Below, one piece after another: positions 21,701-35,239 of a DNA stretch of 64,000 bases (the stretch's first letter is position 1; the number at the start of each line of letters is the position of its first letter). Both the position numbers and the translations under genes were made by a program. Location: positions 27,838,001-27,902,000 of the forward strand of contig NC_043005.1 of the NCBI RefSeq assembly GCF_006345805.1, written 5' to 3'. This stretch comes from Octopus sinensis. Taxonomy: Eukaryota. The notes beneath the pieces were generated by a model, which saw nothing but the letters and a program-made list of their open reading frames with translations, was not told the origin of the DNA and ran no database searches.

Positions 21701-23529
21701 GACCCATGCAGGCATAGATGACTGGACGTTAGAACAATGATAATGAGAACACTCCCAGCAGTAGATCCCTATCCGTTGTTAGGAAATTGTTCTTTAGCTC
21801 CAGACCAATCCTGATGCTGCAGACTTATGATCAAAACATTCAATTCCAGGATTTTATATGAAGATTTAGCTGCTTTTTTTAACAGGTCAAATGATCATAT
21901 TCAATGGCGTTTGAAAGATTTACTGTATTTGACGGTCTGAAAGGCTCAAGAGTATATTAAACATACTCCAACTTTGGCAGCACATAATCAAGGAACAAAG
22001 CGTTTTTAGTGCCTTAAATTGTATAATATGAGCCCAACTTCACATATAGGACCCAGGATATTCTAAATATTCTCTGTTTAATACTCATATGTAAGGAAGT
22101 AAGACAGGCTTCTTTCTTTTTACATCATTTTTACCCATAATTACGCAGAGAAGGTTCTATCTCAGCTGATAGGGATCCTTCTTACTGTTCGCTTCTAAAC
22201 TGTAGAAGTAATTTATAATTTGTCAGACAAACTGAAACAGAGTTATGTCCCTTGCTCTGCTATACACTATAATGGCTGCCGTTTCAATTTATGATATCGA
22301 GGTTGGGTCGGTTTGGTACTTCAGGCTCAGCTTTTTAAAAATCGTCGTTACAACGTCTTTTTTCCATATTTGTGTGCGCCAGATGGAATTCGTTGAAACA
22401 AAATTTTTTGCGGTTGAATTGCCTGTCCTGTGGCCTCTCCTCACATGTTTCCAAGCCAAATAATACTTTCTCAAAATTGGACATATTTTCATGGAAAACT
22501 AAGAAAACAACATATACATACATATGACAGATTTCATTCTCTTATTGCTTACCAAATCCACTCACTAGGCACATCAGATGACACTTGCTGAAGGTGCTAA
22601 GCAGTGGAACTGAACCCATGTGGTTTGGAAGTGAAGTTCTTAAGCAGACAGCCATGGCTGCATCCATTTGTGTTTCTTTGGCAGCTTCTAAAAAATATTT
22701 AAGTATAATTGCTAGGGCAAGAAAAACGGTAGATTTTCCTTTAAATGACTAGAAGTGGCCAAATGTGAAGGGTTGTGGGTTTGAATGGCTACAATGCTAG
22801 GGTCACAGATTTGATTCTAGGATCAGATGACACACTGTATCTTTGAGCAAGATATTTCATGTTGCTCTATTACATTTAGCTGATAATGAGTACCAGTGGC
22901 ATGTGGAAGTTAACCCTGTAAAGGACTGGTACCCTGTTCAGTGGGGTTATGTATTGTCAGCCTAAACCGTTTGAAAAAAAAAACATAAGCTTTGACCCCC
23001 ATGTACTTGTAGACTTGAGGAAAAGAAGAGAGAATGACAGTCAGAGAAGAGAAACTGTCTGGACGAAACCCATGTCCAACATTGGAGAACTATTGACATC
23101 TCACTTTGTAATTCATGAAATAATGAGATTTTAATCTCTTCAACCTTATTTAACATCCACAATCCTTGCTGGCAGGGATTGAAAACAGTTTGACAGGGGG
23201 TCGTGGGTCCAAAGATCACATCATATCCAGCATCTACTTTGGCAATTTTTCTACTCTGCCAAAGGGTTGGGTGCCCTTCCTGAAGTTAACTGCTTTGTAA
23301 CAAATCTTTAAATTCTTGATTTTAATGAAAACAATTTTGGACAAGTGATATTGCATATATTTATGGATATAAACAGGATTACTGTTTAATTTAGCATTTC
23401 TTGAAAGTAATTCTTGTTATAATCTTAATTATTTTCTTTCTGTTCCAGTTGGAAGAAGGTGAAATTGATGTTCGATTGAATTCCTTCAAAGGTTGTTACT
23501 TCTTAGATTTACGAAGTAGAGAGATGTGA
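18747..23529 (+). CDS. Small secreted peptide precursor of unknown family (66 aa), two coding exons
   Basis: Acceptor ttttttttcttcttacAG before 18729, ATG at 18747, exon to 18866 = MVQKNTVACLFLIITLLQLILQTSSKEYVFRQYKFRKKRD, donor GTATGT. Acceptor attttctttctgttccAG then 23449-23529 = LEEGEIDVRLNSFKGCYFLDLRSREM*. Phase 0/0 join; AATAAA at 23560-23565. Confidence 0.68.
19720..21090 (-). mobile_element. Degenerate RTE-clade LINE ORF2 fragment
   Basis: SEWWNEQIREAVARKK, FWKEVQRVRK, RWAEYFSDLIN, GKAP-like WKAPDTDG, VPKDWCSACIVPLYKRKGDKCECGNFRSLSLL, GEQCGF; frameshifts and stops. Confidence 0.85.
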
Positions 23530-23559
23530 ACATTCCTTTTTAATGATTTCTAGTTTTGT

Positions 23560-23565
23560 AATAAA
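23560..23565 (+). terminator. Polyadenylation signal of the peptide-precursor gene
   Basis: AATAAA 30 nt after the TGA, followed by a GT-rich downstream tract. Confidence 0.5.
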
Positions 23566-24392
23566 GCTGAATCAAGCATTTAAACATTGGTGAGTATGAA
23601 GTTGTTATTTTAAGGAGATTTAGGGGTTGGCATTTTTTCTTTTGCTTTGTCAGGGGGAAGGCTGTACCCATGGTTTTTTACACAGCCTATAATATTGACA
23701 GGAGCAGGGCTGGAAGACATTGGTCAAACTGAAAACCTGGCTGAAATTCTTGCAACAGAATAGACTTCATTAAAGGCAACCAAAGATGATGTGGTGTTAA
23801 ATCCAGGAGGACAGAGTTAATGAGGATCAGGGTGTCATCATAAACACATAAAAGCAGAGTTTATGAATTAAGATATTTATTCAATTAAAAGAAAGAAATA
23901 TTTAAACCATCACAGATATTCAAGGAAAGTTTAGGTCAGTGTTTCTATATTGGGGTCCACATAAGATTTTGGTATTAAAATTTATCTACAATACATTGCT
24001 ATTTCTATAATACACAAAATATTTTTAATTTTGTCAACAATTCCTAATGTTATAAAAAAAATGCATTAGGGTTTTTTTTTTTATACATCAAATGTTTATT
24101 AGGGTCTAATAGAGTAAAATAGGAATAAAAGGGGATCCAAAGATGTTTTGAGGACCCTGATTTAGATATAACAGAGTAAAGAAATCAGGACATGATCATT
24201 GAGGCCAGTTCTTTCATGCCTTTAGAATAAATTAAACTTTTTCTTATTTTTCATGGGCTTTGGTTTAAGCATTAGACAGGGGTGGACTGAGCCATCAATC
24301 AATTGGGCAAGGCCCGAAGTCCCACAGTCTACATGTTAACTCTGTTGATATCAGTGCTAAGGGACCTGGTAAACAGTTATGCCAGAGAGCCC

Positions 24393-24620
24393 TTAACCCT
24401 GTCGTTACTGTATCTATTTTGAGATACTCTGTTTCTTTCAATTACTTTAAATATAACAAAGAATTTAGTAAATTAACTTAAGTTATCATTCAGCTAGTGT
24501 TAGGAACATAAGTTGTGACTAAGATTTGGTGGAAGATTTTAATTCAAAACTTATGAAAACAAGACATTTATACTACAGAGCTAGAGGCAGTTTCAGCTGG
24601 GTTGGTAACGAAAGGGTTAA
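24393..24620. mobile_element. piggyBac-like MITE, second copy
   Basis: TTAA-flanked CCCT...AGGG termini; internal sequence similar to 1829-2061. Confidence 0.6.
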
Positions 24621-25899
24621 CACTCTCAGTCTGCCCCTGGCATTAGACATTGAGCCACAAAGTCTGCAAGTTCAAACCTTACTAGTGGTGTAAAATAACT
24701 TGTTGTCAGTTTACATGACTGCAAACGGGTATCGCTTCAATGGAAGGTGAAAACAAACAGCTTCAGTAATTCCACAGAGCAGCCGTGATAAATAATGGAG
24801 TGAATTTGTTGGTCTCAGAGAAATCCAAAGTTATCATTTCACCAATGATTATGTTGTGTGATGAATTCTAAGACGGGTGGCATTTCAGTGAGTTTATTCT
24901 GTTCATTTGTGATGATAATTTAATTTTAGCACAAGGCCAGCAATTTTAGTAGGATTGGTTTTAGTCAACTTCATTGATTGCAGTACTTGATTGGTTCTTA
25001 CTTCATCCCTGAAAGGATGAAGGCTAAGTCAACCATGGCAGCATTTGAACTCAAAATTCACACAGCCAAAAGACATGTCAAGTTTTTTGTCTAATATGCT
25101 AAAGATTCTGCCAGCTCGCCTTGATGGGTCTTCTCAAACACGACATTATGCCAAAGGTCTCCGTCATTGCCTCTGTGAGGCCCAACACTTGAAAGGAACT
25201 CAGCCACTTTGGTTCTGTGAGGCCCAACGCTTGACAGGTCCTCTCAAGCATAGCACATTGCCAAAGGTCTCATTTGATATTTTGTTATATAATCACAAGG
25301 CCTGAAATTTTGGAAGAGGAAGGAGTCAGTTATATTGACCCCATTACATAACTGTTACTTTATTTCATCAACCCGAAAAAGATAAAAGGCAGAGATTATA
25401 GTCAGGGTTGGAACTCAGAAACAGGAAAAATACTAAGAATTGTCTTATGCTCTGACAATTCTGCCACTCCTCTACTTTGTGGTAAGAAGATTGTATCCCA
25501 ACCACATGGTTCCAGGTTCAGGTCCAGTGCATGACACCAAAGCCTTGTGAGTGGGTCTGGTTGATGGAAACTGAAAGAAGCTCATATATATATATGTACA
25601 CACACACACACACGTGTCTTTGTGTTATTCCCCTCCATTGCTTGACAACCAGTATTGGTGTTTATGTTCCCATAACTTGGCAGTTTGGCAAAAGAAATTG
25701 ATAGAATAAATATACCAGGCTTAAAAAATAAAAAGTTCATTCATTTCACTGAAAATTCTTCAAGCCAGTGCCCCAGCATGGCTGCAGTCTAATGAGTGAA
25801 GCAAGTAAAAGATATAAGAGCTGTGTTCCTCCATCTTGTGCTGTCCTCAGATCATGATTTTCAAGTAATTCATCTAAAGAAACCAAATAACAGTGAATT

Positions 25900-26690
25900 C
25901 ATATGATTTATTCATAGAATGAAACAAGAGGGGCTCTCCCTGTTGAGTGAAGTGGTAAGCCAGGAGTTGGGGTTATGTCTTGAAGTCATGGCTGTCAGCA
26001 GAGGAGAAGGAACTGAGTGTAGGGGGGGAGGTGGAGTTTGGTGCAGGTAGGGTAGGATAGGAGAAGTTGAGACAGTGGTGTTTGTCTGTAGGTCTATAGT
26101 GGATGGAGGTAGTAAGAGAAGAGTGGTAGATAGTGACAGGAATGTCAAGAAACTTGATGAAGATACTGGAGACAGATCAGGAGGATTTGAAGACGAGACA
26201 AAAGAGAGGAAGACATCAAGATATTAGCAGGCAAGTGAGGGCCAGTACCATAGTCAGTGTAATGAGCATATAGCTCGGGACTGGGACCAGTAAGCTGTGA
26301 GAATATTTGTGCGTCAATATAACCAATGAACAGGTTTGCATAGTTGGGGCCAATTCTCTTTCCCATGGCCTCGCCTGAGACTTGATAAAATTCACCTGGA
26401 AATGAGAAGCAGTTAAGAACTGAGGAGGGTAGAGATGTTAGGTTGAGGATGAAGATCAAGAAAGTGTTTTAAAGGAATGAGGAGGGATGACAGTGTAGAT
26501 GAATTTAGGTCAAGGATGAACAGGAGTCTAGAGGGGCCAGGAAGAAAGGAGAAAGAATTGAATTGACAAAGAGGCATGGTTGGTGTTGTGACTGTGAAAG
26601 GAGGGAAGCCACTAGGGGTGTGAGGACAAGGCTGAGACATTTGGAGTTGAGATTGGTGGGGGGGAAATATGGTGTAGCCAGGGTTGTTGG
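25900..26690 (-). mobile_element. Penelope-like element reverse transcriptase fragment
   Basis: FYQVSGEAMGKRIGPNYANLFIGYIDAQIFSQLTGPSPELYAHYTD matches the PLE-type G.AMG...GP.YANLF.GY....YGRYIDD region. Confidence 0.7.
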
Positions 26691-26924
26691 GTTCAAGGAT
26701 TTACATATATATATCTTTTCTATTACTTGTTTCAGTCATTCGACTGTGGCTATGCTGGAGCACCACCTTTAATCGAGCAAATTGACCCCAGGACTTATTC
26801 TTTGTAAGCCTAGTACTTATTCTATCGGCCTCTTTTGCCGAAGCCACTAAGTTACGGGAACTTAAACACACCACCATCGGTTGTCAAGCGATGTTAGGGG
26901 ACAAACACAGACACACAAACATAT

Positions 26925-28052
26925 CATCATCATCATTGTTTGACCGTGGTCGAGACAATGGAATTTACCATGTTGCGCCAGACTTCACGGTCCATCATAG
27001 CATTACGGAGGTCCTGTTGCTGGATGCCTGTATCCCTGGAGATTACATCAGGGTAGGAGAGTGTGCGCCCTCTGGTGTTGAGTAGATGGCTTCCAGAGGA
27101 GAAGAGTAGAAATTACTTCTTTTTCAGCTCTACAACAATGTCCAGCAAACTAGACTCTCCTACCCTTCACAAGAGATGACACAGGTGGTAATTTCCCATA
27201 TATTTGCATTTTAGTTGGATGGCGCCTCCACGAGAGATTTTGAGCTCTCATAAGGAGGCGAGTGTAGGTTCCATCCAACCGCCTCTCAAGCTTCTTTGAT
27301 AACGTCCAGGTTTCTGAGCCATATAGTAGGATTGGTTCGACTGTGGCTTTGAATATTTCAAGTTTGAAGTCTCTACTTAGATTTGATGACCAGATCTTAT
27401 GCATGTCATTACAGGCTGACCAGGCCATACCCTTTCTAGTTAGAAAGTCTTTTCCAGATGATGATATGTATGACCCAAGATATTTATAATCAGAAACCAT
27501 ATTTAAAGGTGCACTGTTGAGAGTGTGGATGATGCAATCACTGTTGGACAGGCACTTGTTTATGTATTCAGTTTTGGTCTCATTAAGGTAAAGACCTACA
27601 CAATTTGAGGCTTGTTCAAGAGATTGTAAAAGAGACTGGGCATTGGAGAGAGAATCACTGATAAGAGCGATGTCGTCAGCAAAGTCAGTGTCTGTCAAGT
27701 ACTCAGCTGGGTGTCTGGAACTTCTTCTTGGTTTTATTTCAAAGCCCTTGCCAGAGATGGTATCAACTGACATACGTAGCACATAATCAACAACAATGAT
27801 GAAAAGAAATGGAGCGAGTGTGTCTCCCTGCAGTATTCCGGCCTCGATCGAGAAAGATGATGTTTCTCCATCAGGGGTTAAGATGGTTGAAGACGTATCT
27901 GTGTAGAGGACCTTGATGGCAGAAATAATTTTGTCTGGTATCCCATAGAGCTTAAGGATTTCAAACATCTTGCACCTATCCACAGAATCGAACGCTTTAG
28001 AAAAGTCTACAAATACCATTGCAAGATCGCGATTAAATGCTTTTGATTCTTC
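26925..28052 (-). mobile_element. Young 5'-truncated RTE-type LINE (RT + 3' end) inserted into a SINE
   Basis: About 300 open codons with VDFSKAFDSV, GILQGDTLAPFLF, DFADDI, YKYLGS, LLYGSETW; premature TAG near 27150; (GAT)n tail; AACATAT repeated at 26918-26924 and 28053-28059 as candidate target-site duplication. Confidence 0.88.
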
Positions 28053-29919
28053 AACATATATACGATGGGCTTCTTTCAGTTTCTGCCTACCAAATCTACT
28101 CACAAGGCTTTGGTCAGCCCAAGGCTATAGTAGAAGACACTTGCCCAAGGTGCCACACAGTGAGAATGAATCCGGAACTATGTGGTTGGTAAGCAAGCTA
28201 CTTACCACACAGCCACTCCTGTGCTTACATATATATATAGTCATGTAACATCCTTTGTCTATGCTGGCATGGGTTGGAAGGGTTTGACCAGCGATGGCAA
28301 GCTGGAAGGCTGCACCAGACTGTCTGATTTGGCATGATTTTCTACGGCTGGATGCCCTTCCTAACACCAACCACTCCAAGACTGTAATGGGTACTTTTAC
28401 ATGCCATCACCATGGGTGTCAATTTGTGTGACACCAGTATCTGTCACGACTGCGATTTTGTTCAGCTTGATGAGTCTTCTCCAATGCAACATTATGCCAA
28501 AGGTCTTGGTCATTGCCTCTGTGAAGCCCAACATTCGAAAGGAACTTGGCTAGATGGATCTTCTCAAGCACAGCACATCGCCACAGGTCACGGTCACTAA
28601 TCATTGCCTCTGTAGGCTCAAAGTTCAAAGCTCATGCTTCACCACTTCGTCCCATGTCTTTCTGGGTTTACTTCTACCACAGGTTCTCTCCATAATTAGA
28701 GATTGGCACTTCTTTACACAGCTGTCCTTGTCCTTACACATCACATAACCATATCAGCGCAGTGGTCTCTCTTGCAACACCACATTTGATGCCTCTTACG
28801 CTTAACTTTTCTCTGAAGATGCTTACACTCTGTCAAACATGCACACTGACACTGCACATCAAGCGAAGCACTCTGGCTTCATTTCTTTCAAAACCACAAA
28901 CCCAACAACCCTGGGTTGAATAGATGTGTGTAAAAGGCAGTACCTCTAGATGTGTAGCAGTTCTGTTTCATATAGGAATAACATAAAAGCGAGCACACAA
29001 GCAGTAAGATTGCAGGAGACAAAACAGGGATGCTTTATCACCTTGATTTATTGTCCAGCTTTTTATGAAGTAGAGGTATAAAAGAGAGAGAGAGAGAAAA
29101 GATATTTACATTAACAAACAATAAAATGACATTCAGTCGACACAAAGACTCACGCATGCACCTGCACAGTGATGCAACATTACAGAACAGAACCAAATAA
29201 TAAAATAAAATTAAATGCAGATAATCAGTTATAATGTAATAAAAATTTAGTATATTACATCTATCCTCATTTATTACTGACCTGGGATAACGACACAATT
29301 GTGAACCATGTTCCACATACCATGAATTGATCTATAATAACATGGATCAGTGGTCAAAGATTCTGCTTGGATCACAAAAGCAAGCCCCAGCAACCATACA
29401 CAATGTTTGGGATAACTAGGGATCCCAGAACAAAACCTATTTTCCTCATGTTCTATTATTCATTAATCGCTGATTCATTTAACTTTTTTTTTTAAACCGA
29501 AAACCTCTCATAAATGAGGATAAATATAAAATACGATATGATAAAATACATGGTTATTATAAATTCTGACCATCACTGACCACTGAAATTGTAACTTGTA
29601 TTTCATGACAGTTTCTGTGTTCTAAGGCAAAATGGAATATGACAAGTTACATTTTAAATGGGCATGATAGCCACTACTTCATTAAGTGCTTTCACCAAAT
29701 TGATACTTTGCCATTTGTGACCTCCCTGTTATTTTTTTAAAAACATGTTCTTCTCCAAGCTATAATTAGGCCTGGTATATGTGTGTGTGAGAGAAGTTTG
29801 TATGTTTGGGTTGTGTTTTTGTAATTAATGTCAGAATGTAACAAAGACGATGGAAGTGAGAAGAGTCTCTGTGTGAGTTGACTTAAAAGGAGAGAGAAAC
29901 GAGAAGCAGTTAAAATGTT

Positions 29920-32900
29920 TCAGGCAGATTGTTTCTTTCTTGACGATGATGATGATGATGATGATGATGAGTGGTCTTTACTGGTGTGTGAGGACTTTTG
30001 ACTCTGAGTGTGTCTGGTCACTGTTGACACGCCGTCAACAAATTTCGTCTTAAACAGGACATTGGCATTGTTAAACATTCCGTCTTTCAGAGAAACCACA
30101 ATGAACTGGAGAGAGAAAAAAAAAACACAAATACAGTGAGTGCCACAAAATCTCATTATCCTACACTTCTCTAAAGACAACTACAGGAGTGGGAGTTATG
30201 TATGAGTCTGTTTTAGTGTGACAGAATAAGTTGAAACTGGACAGTGGTGTGAGGGCTTTCATCCTCACCCAAGTCCATAGGAGGGCTAATTTAGCACATC
30301 ATTGTATCAGATTTAGCCTTTCTCTGAAAAGGCATGAGCATCACATAGGATTTGAAGCCAACGTCTCAAGCTAACAAAAAACACTTCCAATTTATAAACT
30401 GTATCCTTGCTATCTACACTAGCGAAATGTGCTTCAACATTCTTTCTAGTTAGAGTTCAGTGTGTTTTTATTTGCTAAAGATATCACTAAATAATTCGTA
30501 AATTTAGGCACAATACTGTCAATTTTGATAAGAGGGTTGGACAATAGCACCAGGACATCATGGCATTTGATTTTATCAACCTCAGAAGAATGTAAGGCAA
30601 AGATGAGCTCAGCAAGATTGGAACTCAGAATGTAAAGAGCTGGAACACAACATACTAAATAATCATTAAAAAATGATTTCCAAGATAGGCACAAGGCTAG
30701 ACATCATGATTAGGAGAGACTCTGAAGAGATCCTAATACAGGATTGAAATTAGTTGCTCCCCTGTGTCCAAGAAGATACTGTATATAGATGAGGTATTCA
30801 CAAACATCTTATGTGACTCTGCACAATGTTGGCTAAACACCTGTAGATATATTCTCCAGCAATGTAAAGCATTTTTCTGGTTTTAGTTGATTTTGAATAA
30901 AAATTGTAAATTGCAACTTCAAAATATTCGTAATTGCTATCCACATAAAGGCCAAAATAGTCTTCTGAGACAGAACTAGTAATTAAACGGTTAATAGCAA
31001 GAACACGTGATTACCTGTGAATGTTTGAAGTGGTTTTTAATCATATGTCCAATGTTTTGGGTGTGAGACAAGTCAAGTGCAGCATCAACTTCATCAAGAA
31101 TATAAATAGGAGCTGGTTTAAATAACAGCATGGCCAATATCAGAGAAAGAGCAACCAGGGACCTATAAGGAAAAATAATAGCAAAAAATTACATTGGTTT
31201 CTAGTTAAAAGAAATGAACAAAGCAGATATAAAAGAGTACATAAGAAAATATAAAATGTGGGGATTAAGGAGGATCAACCCTTAAAAGCTGCAGGTTTTA
31301 CTGTTTAACCTTTTAGTTATCATATTTCAGTTGAAATACTTTTGTTTCAATTAATGTTAAAAGTTACAAAGAATTTAGTAAAATAACTTGGGTCATTATT
31401 AACCTGGTGTAAGGAACCTAAATACAAAATTTTGCTGAAAAGTTTTAATTTAGATTACTTTAAAGCAGGACATTTCTATTATAGAACCAGTGGTGGTATC
31501 AGACAGGTTGCTGTTAAAAGGGTCAATACATATATTGACATATTCTGTTACTTGTCTCAGTCATTTGACTGCAGCCATGCTGGAGCACTGCCTTTAGTTG
31601 AACAAATCAACTCCAGAACTTATTCTTTGTAAGCCTAGTACTTATTCTATTGGTCTCTTTTGCCCAAAGTGCCATGCAGTGGGACTGAACTTGGAACCAT
31701 GTGGTTAGGAAGCAAGCTTCTTACCACACAGCCACACCTGCGCCTATGTTAGCAAAAGATTTACAAAATCTATTAATAAACATTTTATGAAAGATAAGTA
31801 GAATTGTTCAACTTACAGATCATATCTCCACATCTAATGGGTTCTTTTAAAATGTCTGAGAGAACTAGATGAGATTACAGCATTGATATATTGTATTGAT
31901 TTTTTAAAAAAGCCATTAAAGCTCTTAAAAATATATGTTAGAGAAAAGTTTCCATCATTTAATAGACAAGCCCGGTGCAGCCTTCTGGCTCAACAGTCCT
32001 CAGTCAAACCATCCAACCCATGCCAGCATGCAAAGCGGACGTTAAACAACAATGGTGATGATGATGATGAAAGTGAAACTAAAACACATGAAATCAGACA
32101 AGAATACGGTGAAGATGATCTAAATTTTGAAATTTGTTCATTTTTCCATCCATTTTTCAATCCTAGCATGGGTTAAACAAATGCATATTGTTGAAAGACT
32201 GCTTTACCGTTCTGCCTTTTAAGTAAGAGAGTTTACACTTCACTCACCACAAGTGTGTGTATGTACACATTACAGGCTTTGTAGTTTCTGTCTACCAGAT
32301 TCACTAACAAGACATTGGATGAAACAGGGCCATAGTAGAGAACACTTGCCCAAGGCATTGTGCAGTGAGATTGAACCCAGAACCACATGATTACTAAGCA
32401 AACTTCTTAACCCCACAACCATTTGTGCCAACTTTGATCTACCAGATCAAAAGGCTTGAAAGGCCTTTGAAATCAATTTTCATGTGTTGACATAAAGCTG
32501 TTAATATAGGTTTTAAGCAGGCTTGTGCTGCTTAGGGTAGGCAGTTGGTGACGTTTGTATAGTAAAACACAGGTGTGCGACTGAGTTGGAGACAGATTTA
32601 CTCCTGCCTTTATAGCACATAGAGAAAATGTTGTAGGAATGTACAAAGCATGTGTATCACAGTAGTTCTCTGTGTAGCTTTAATACCGGGATTGAAAAGC
32701 AGGGACGAATTATGCCAACCTAATCTACAAAAAATTAAAATATTTTGTATTTTACACATAATAATCAGTGTAACCTTCATGATTTTATTGAATTAGGTGC
32801 ATATTTTGCCATAAAAGGAAAATGTTACTATCAACCTATTTTATTCAGAGTAGGTACTGCCTGCCTTGCCTACCCAGGGGACACGTCCCTGGTTTTAAGT

Positions 32901-35207
32901 CACACTCATTCTCATTTGTACAAACTCATATTGCCAATATACCATTGTACCCCTTTGAAGAGAAATATTGCAGAAACAAAGGAATAAGGCTTTTCTGTAA
33001 ACATTCGCCATCAGTTTTTTACATTGTGTTGAGGACTCATGTCCTTTATTTCTGTCTTAGCCACCACCATCTGTCATTGGGGAATAAGGGTACAAGAGCT
33101 GATGTTAAGAAACTTTACAACTAGACAAATCCAACACATAAGCTGACTACATTCGAGCATGGTTGATGCCAGTGTCGCCTGACTGGTCTCATGCCAGTGG
33201 CATGTAAAAAGCACCATTCGAGTATAGTTGATGCCAGTACTGTCTGACTGGCCCTTGTGCCGTTGGCACATAAAAAGCACCCACTACATGCTCCGTGTTG
33301 ACATTAGGAAGAGCATCCAGCTGTAGAAACATTGCCAAATCAGACTGGAGCCTGGTGCAGCCTGCTGGCTTGCCAGTCCTCAGTCAAACCGTCCAACCCA
33401 TGCCAGCATGGAAAGCAGACGTTAGACGATGATGAAGCTGACATAAAAATCTTACTGGGTACAATGTACACACACACACACACACAGGTATGGCTGTCTG
33501 GATAAGTTTGCTTTCCAACTGCAAGGTTCCAGGTTCAGTCCTACGCTGTGTGGCACACTGAGCAAGTGTTTCCTATTAAAGCTGTAAGCCAACCAGAGTC
33601 TTGTGAGTGGATTTGGTGAGCAAAAACTGAAAGAAGCCTATCATGTGTGTCTTCACAGCACATGGTAGTTGTAAAGGAGTGTCACTAATACAGAAGTAGT
33701 GTTATTTGTTTCCAATCTTCTATGGAAACAATGTTTGGCCATGGGGAAATATTACCTTGCTTGGAGATAGATGAGTGTTGACAACAGGAAAGGCATCCAG
33801 CCATAAAAAAAAAAAAATCTGCTTCAACAAATCCCATCTGACTGATACAAACATGGGAAAGTGGACATTATATTGATGATGATGGTGGTAGGAGTGAAAC
33901 CTAGAAGTTTACCTCTGCCCTCCACTCAGTTCACCAAGCGATTCTTTCCAGACATCTCCAAATGCCACTTTCACCTCCAATCCATCAAGGACAGTCATTC
34001 CCTCTGGAGGACTTAGTTTAGCATCAGTACCAGGAAGCAGTGAGGAGAAAATGGAACCAAAATCCTAATGAAACAACAAAAAAGAATGGTAAAGGTTTAA
34101 AACAAAAAAAAAAAGAGTCTGGAACATAACACAAAATCATTAGTAAAGAATAAATATTGGTCATGAGGAGGAAGGAGTAACATGCAATACAATGGTGCTT
34201 GGTCTTTTATAGTTCAGTGTCACCTTTCATCGAATGATGTAAAACAAATGCTTCACTTCATGTTTAGTCCTTTAGCATTCTCACTACTCTCAAATATAAT
34301 GCTTATTTATTCACATTGTTTTAAATTAATCATAAATTATGTTGTAGCTTTGAGATTTCAATGATGTGACTGTTTAATTTTAGAATGACAGAGGAGAATA
34401 GATAAAAGGCTGGATTTGGGCATAAAAACAAGTAGAATATTTGGGTTGGGTATGGCTAGCTTAAATGCCATGTATTAGATATTTCTATAGACTGTTGCAT
34501 TCTATGTTAAATTTTTAAGGAAATGCCTAAAGATCAGTACTCATATTGGACCTTGCTGCATCATCAGTCATGTTTCTGCTCACTGTTAGCACAAGGCCCT
34601 GCTTTTATTTTAATCACACGAAACATGTTTTGGAAAATGCATTCAAAATATAACTACTATAGCTTGTTTAAATTTTATGCTTCTGAGAAAAATGACCAAT
34701 CTTAAAAACCCAGTGCATTTGTGCAAGTTCACAATGCTCCTATGGGATGTCTAGCACCAAAGTTAAGATATACTGGTCTAATATATAGTCAGACAGAAGT
34801 ATCAAGTTTTACCCACAAAGGGGCCAAACTAAGTAAAAGATCTTGGTGGGTAAGTTGATAAATTTTATTCAAGGCCACAAATAATTTAATCAATGATAAA
34901 GGTCAGGGTAGTATAATTGAATTTACCCCCAATATAGAGTGAAAGTAGAGGCTTGCTTCACACAATACACAATTCCACTTTACCAAAACATTGAGGGCTA
35001 CACAATATGTCTTACCTTATTGACCTGCTCCCAGGCTTTCTTCAGGGCTGCCTTCTTCATTTCATCCAACTCAGCAATGACTTGGGCAATTTTCATCTTG
35101 TCATTCAAAACTATTTTCCTTTTCGCCATCAGATCGTTACACTAGGGAAATTAATCAGAACATTACACAGATTTAATGAAGTGTATTACAATTCTCTCTC
35201 TTTTTTG

Positions 35208-35239
<32 letters not shown>

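Noticed and set aside
22149-22218. Plus-strand acceptor followed by EGSISADRDPSYCSLLNCRS, faintly similar to the peptide's last exon
   Set aside because: That frame needs a phase-2 junction while the upstream donor is phase 0; the similarity is too short to exclude chance.
23030-23085. GGACGAAAC-CCAT-GTC resembling the 3' half of a hammerhead
   Set aside because: No CUGANGA-like core or stem I partner in the right position.
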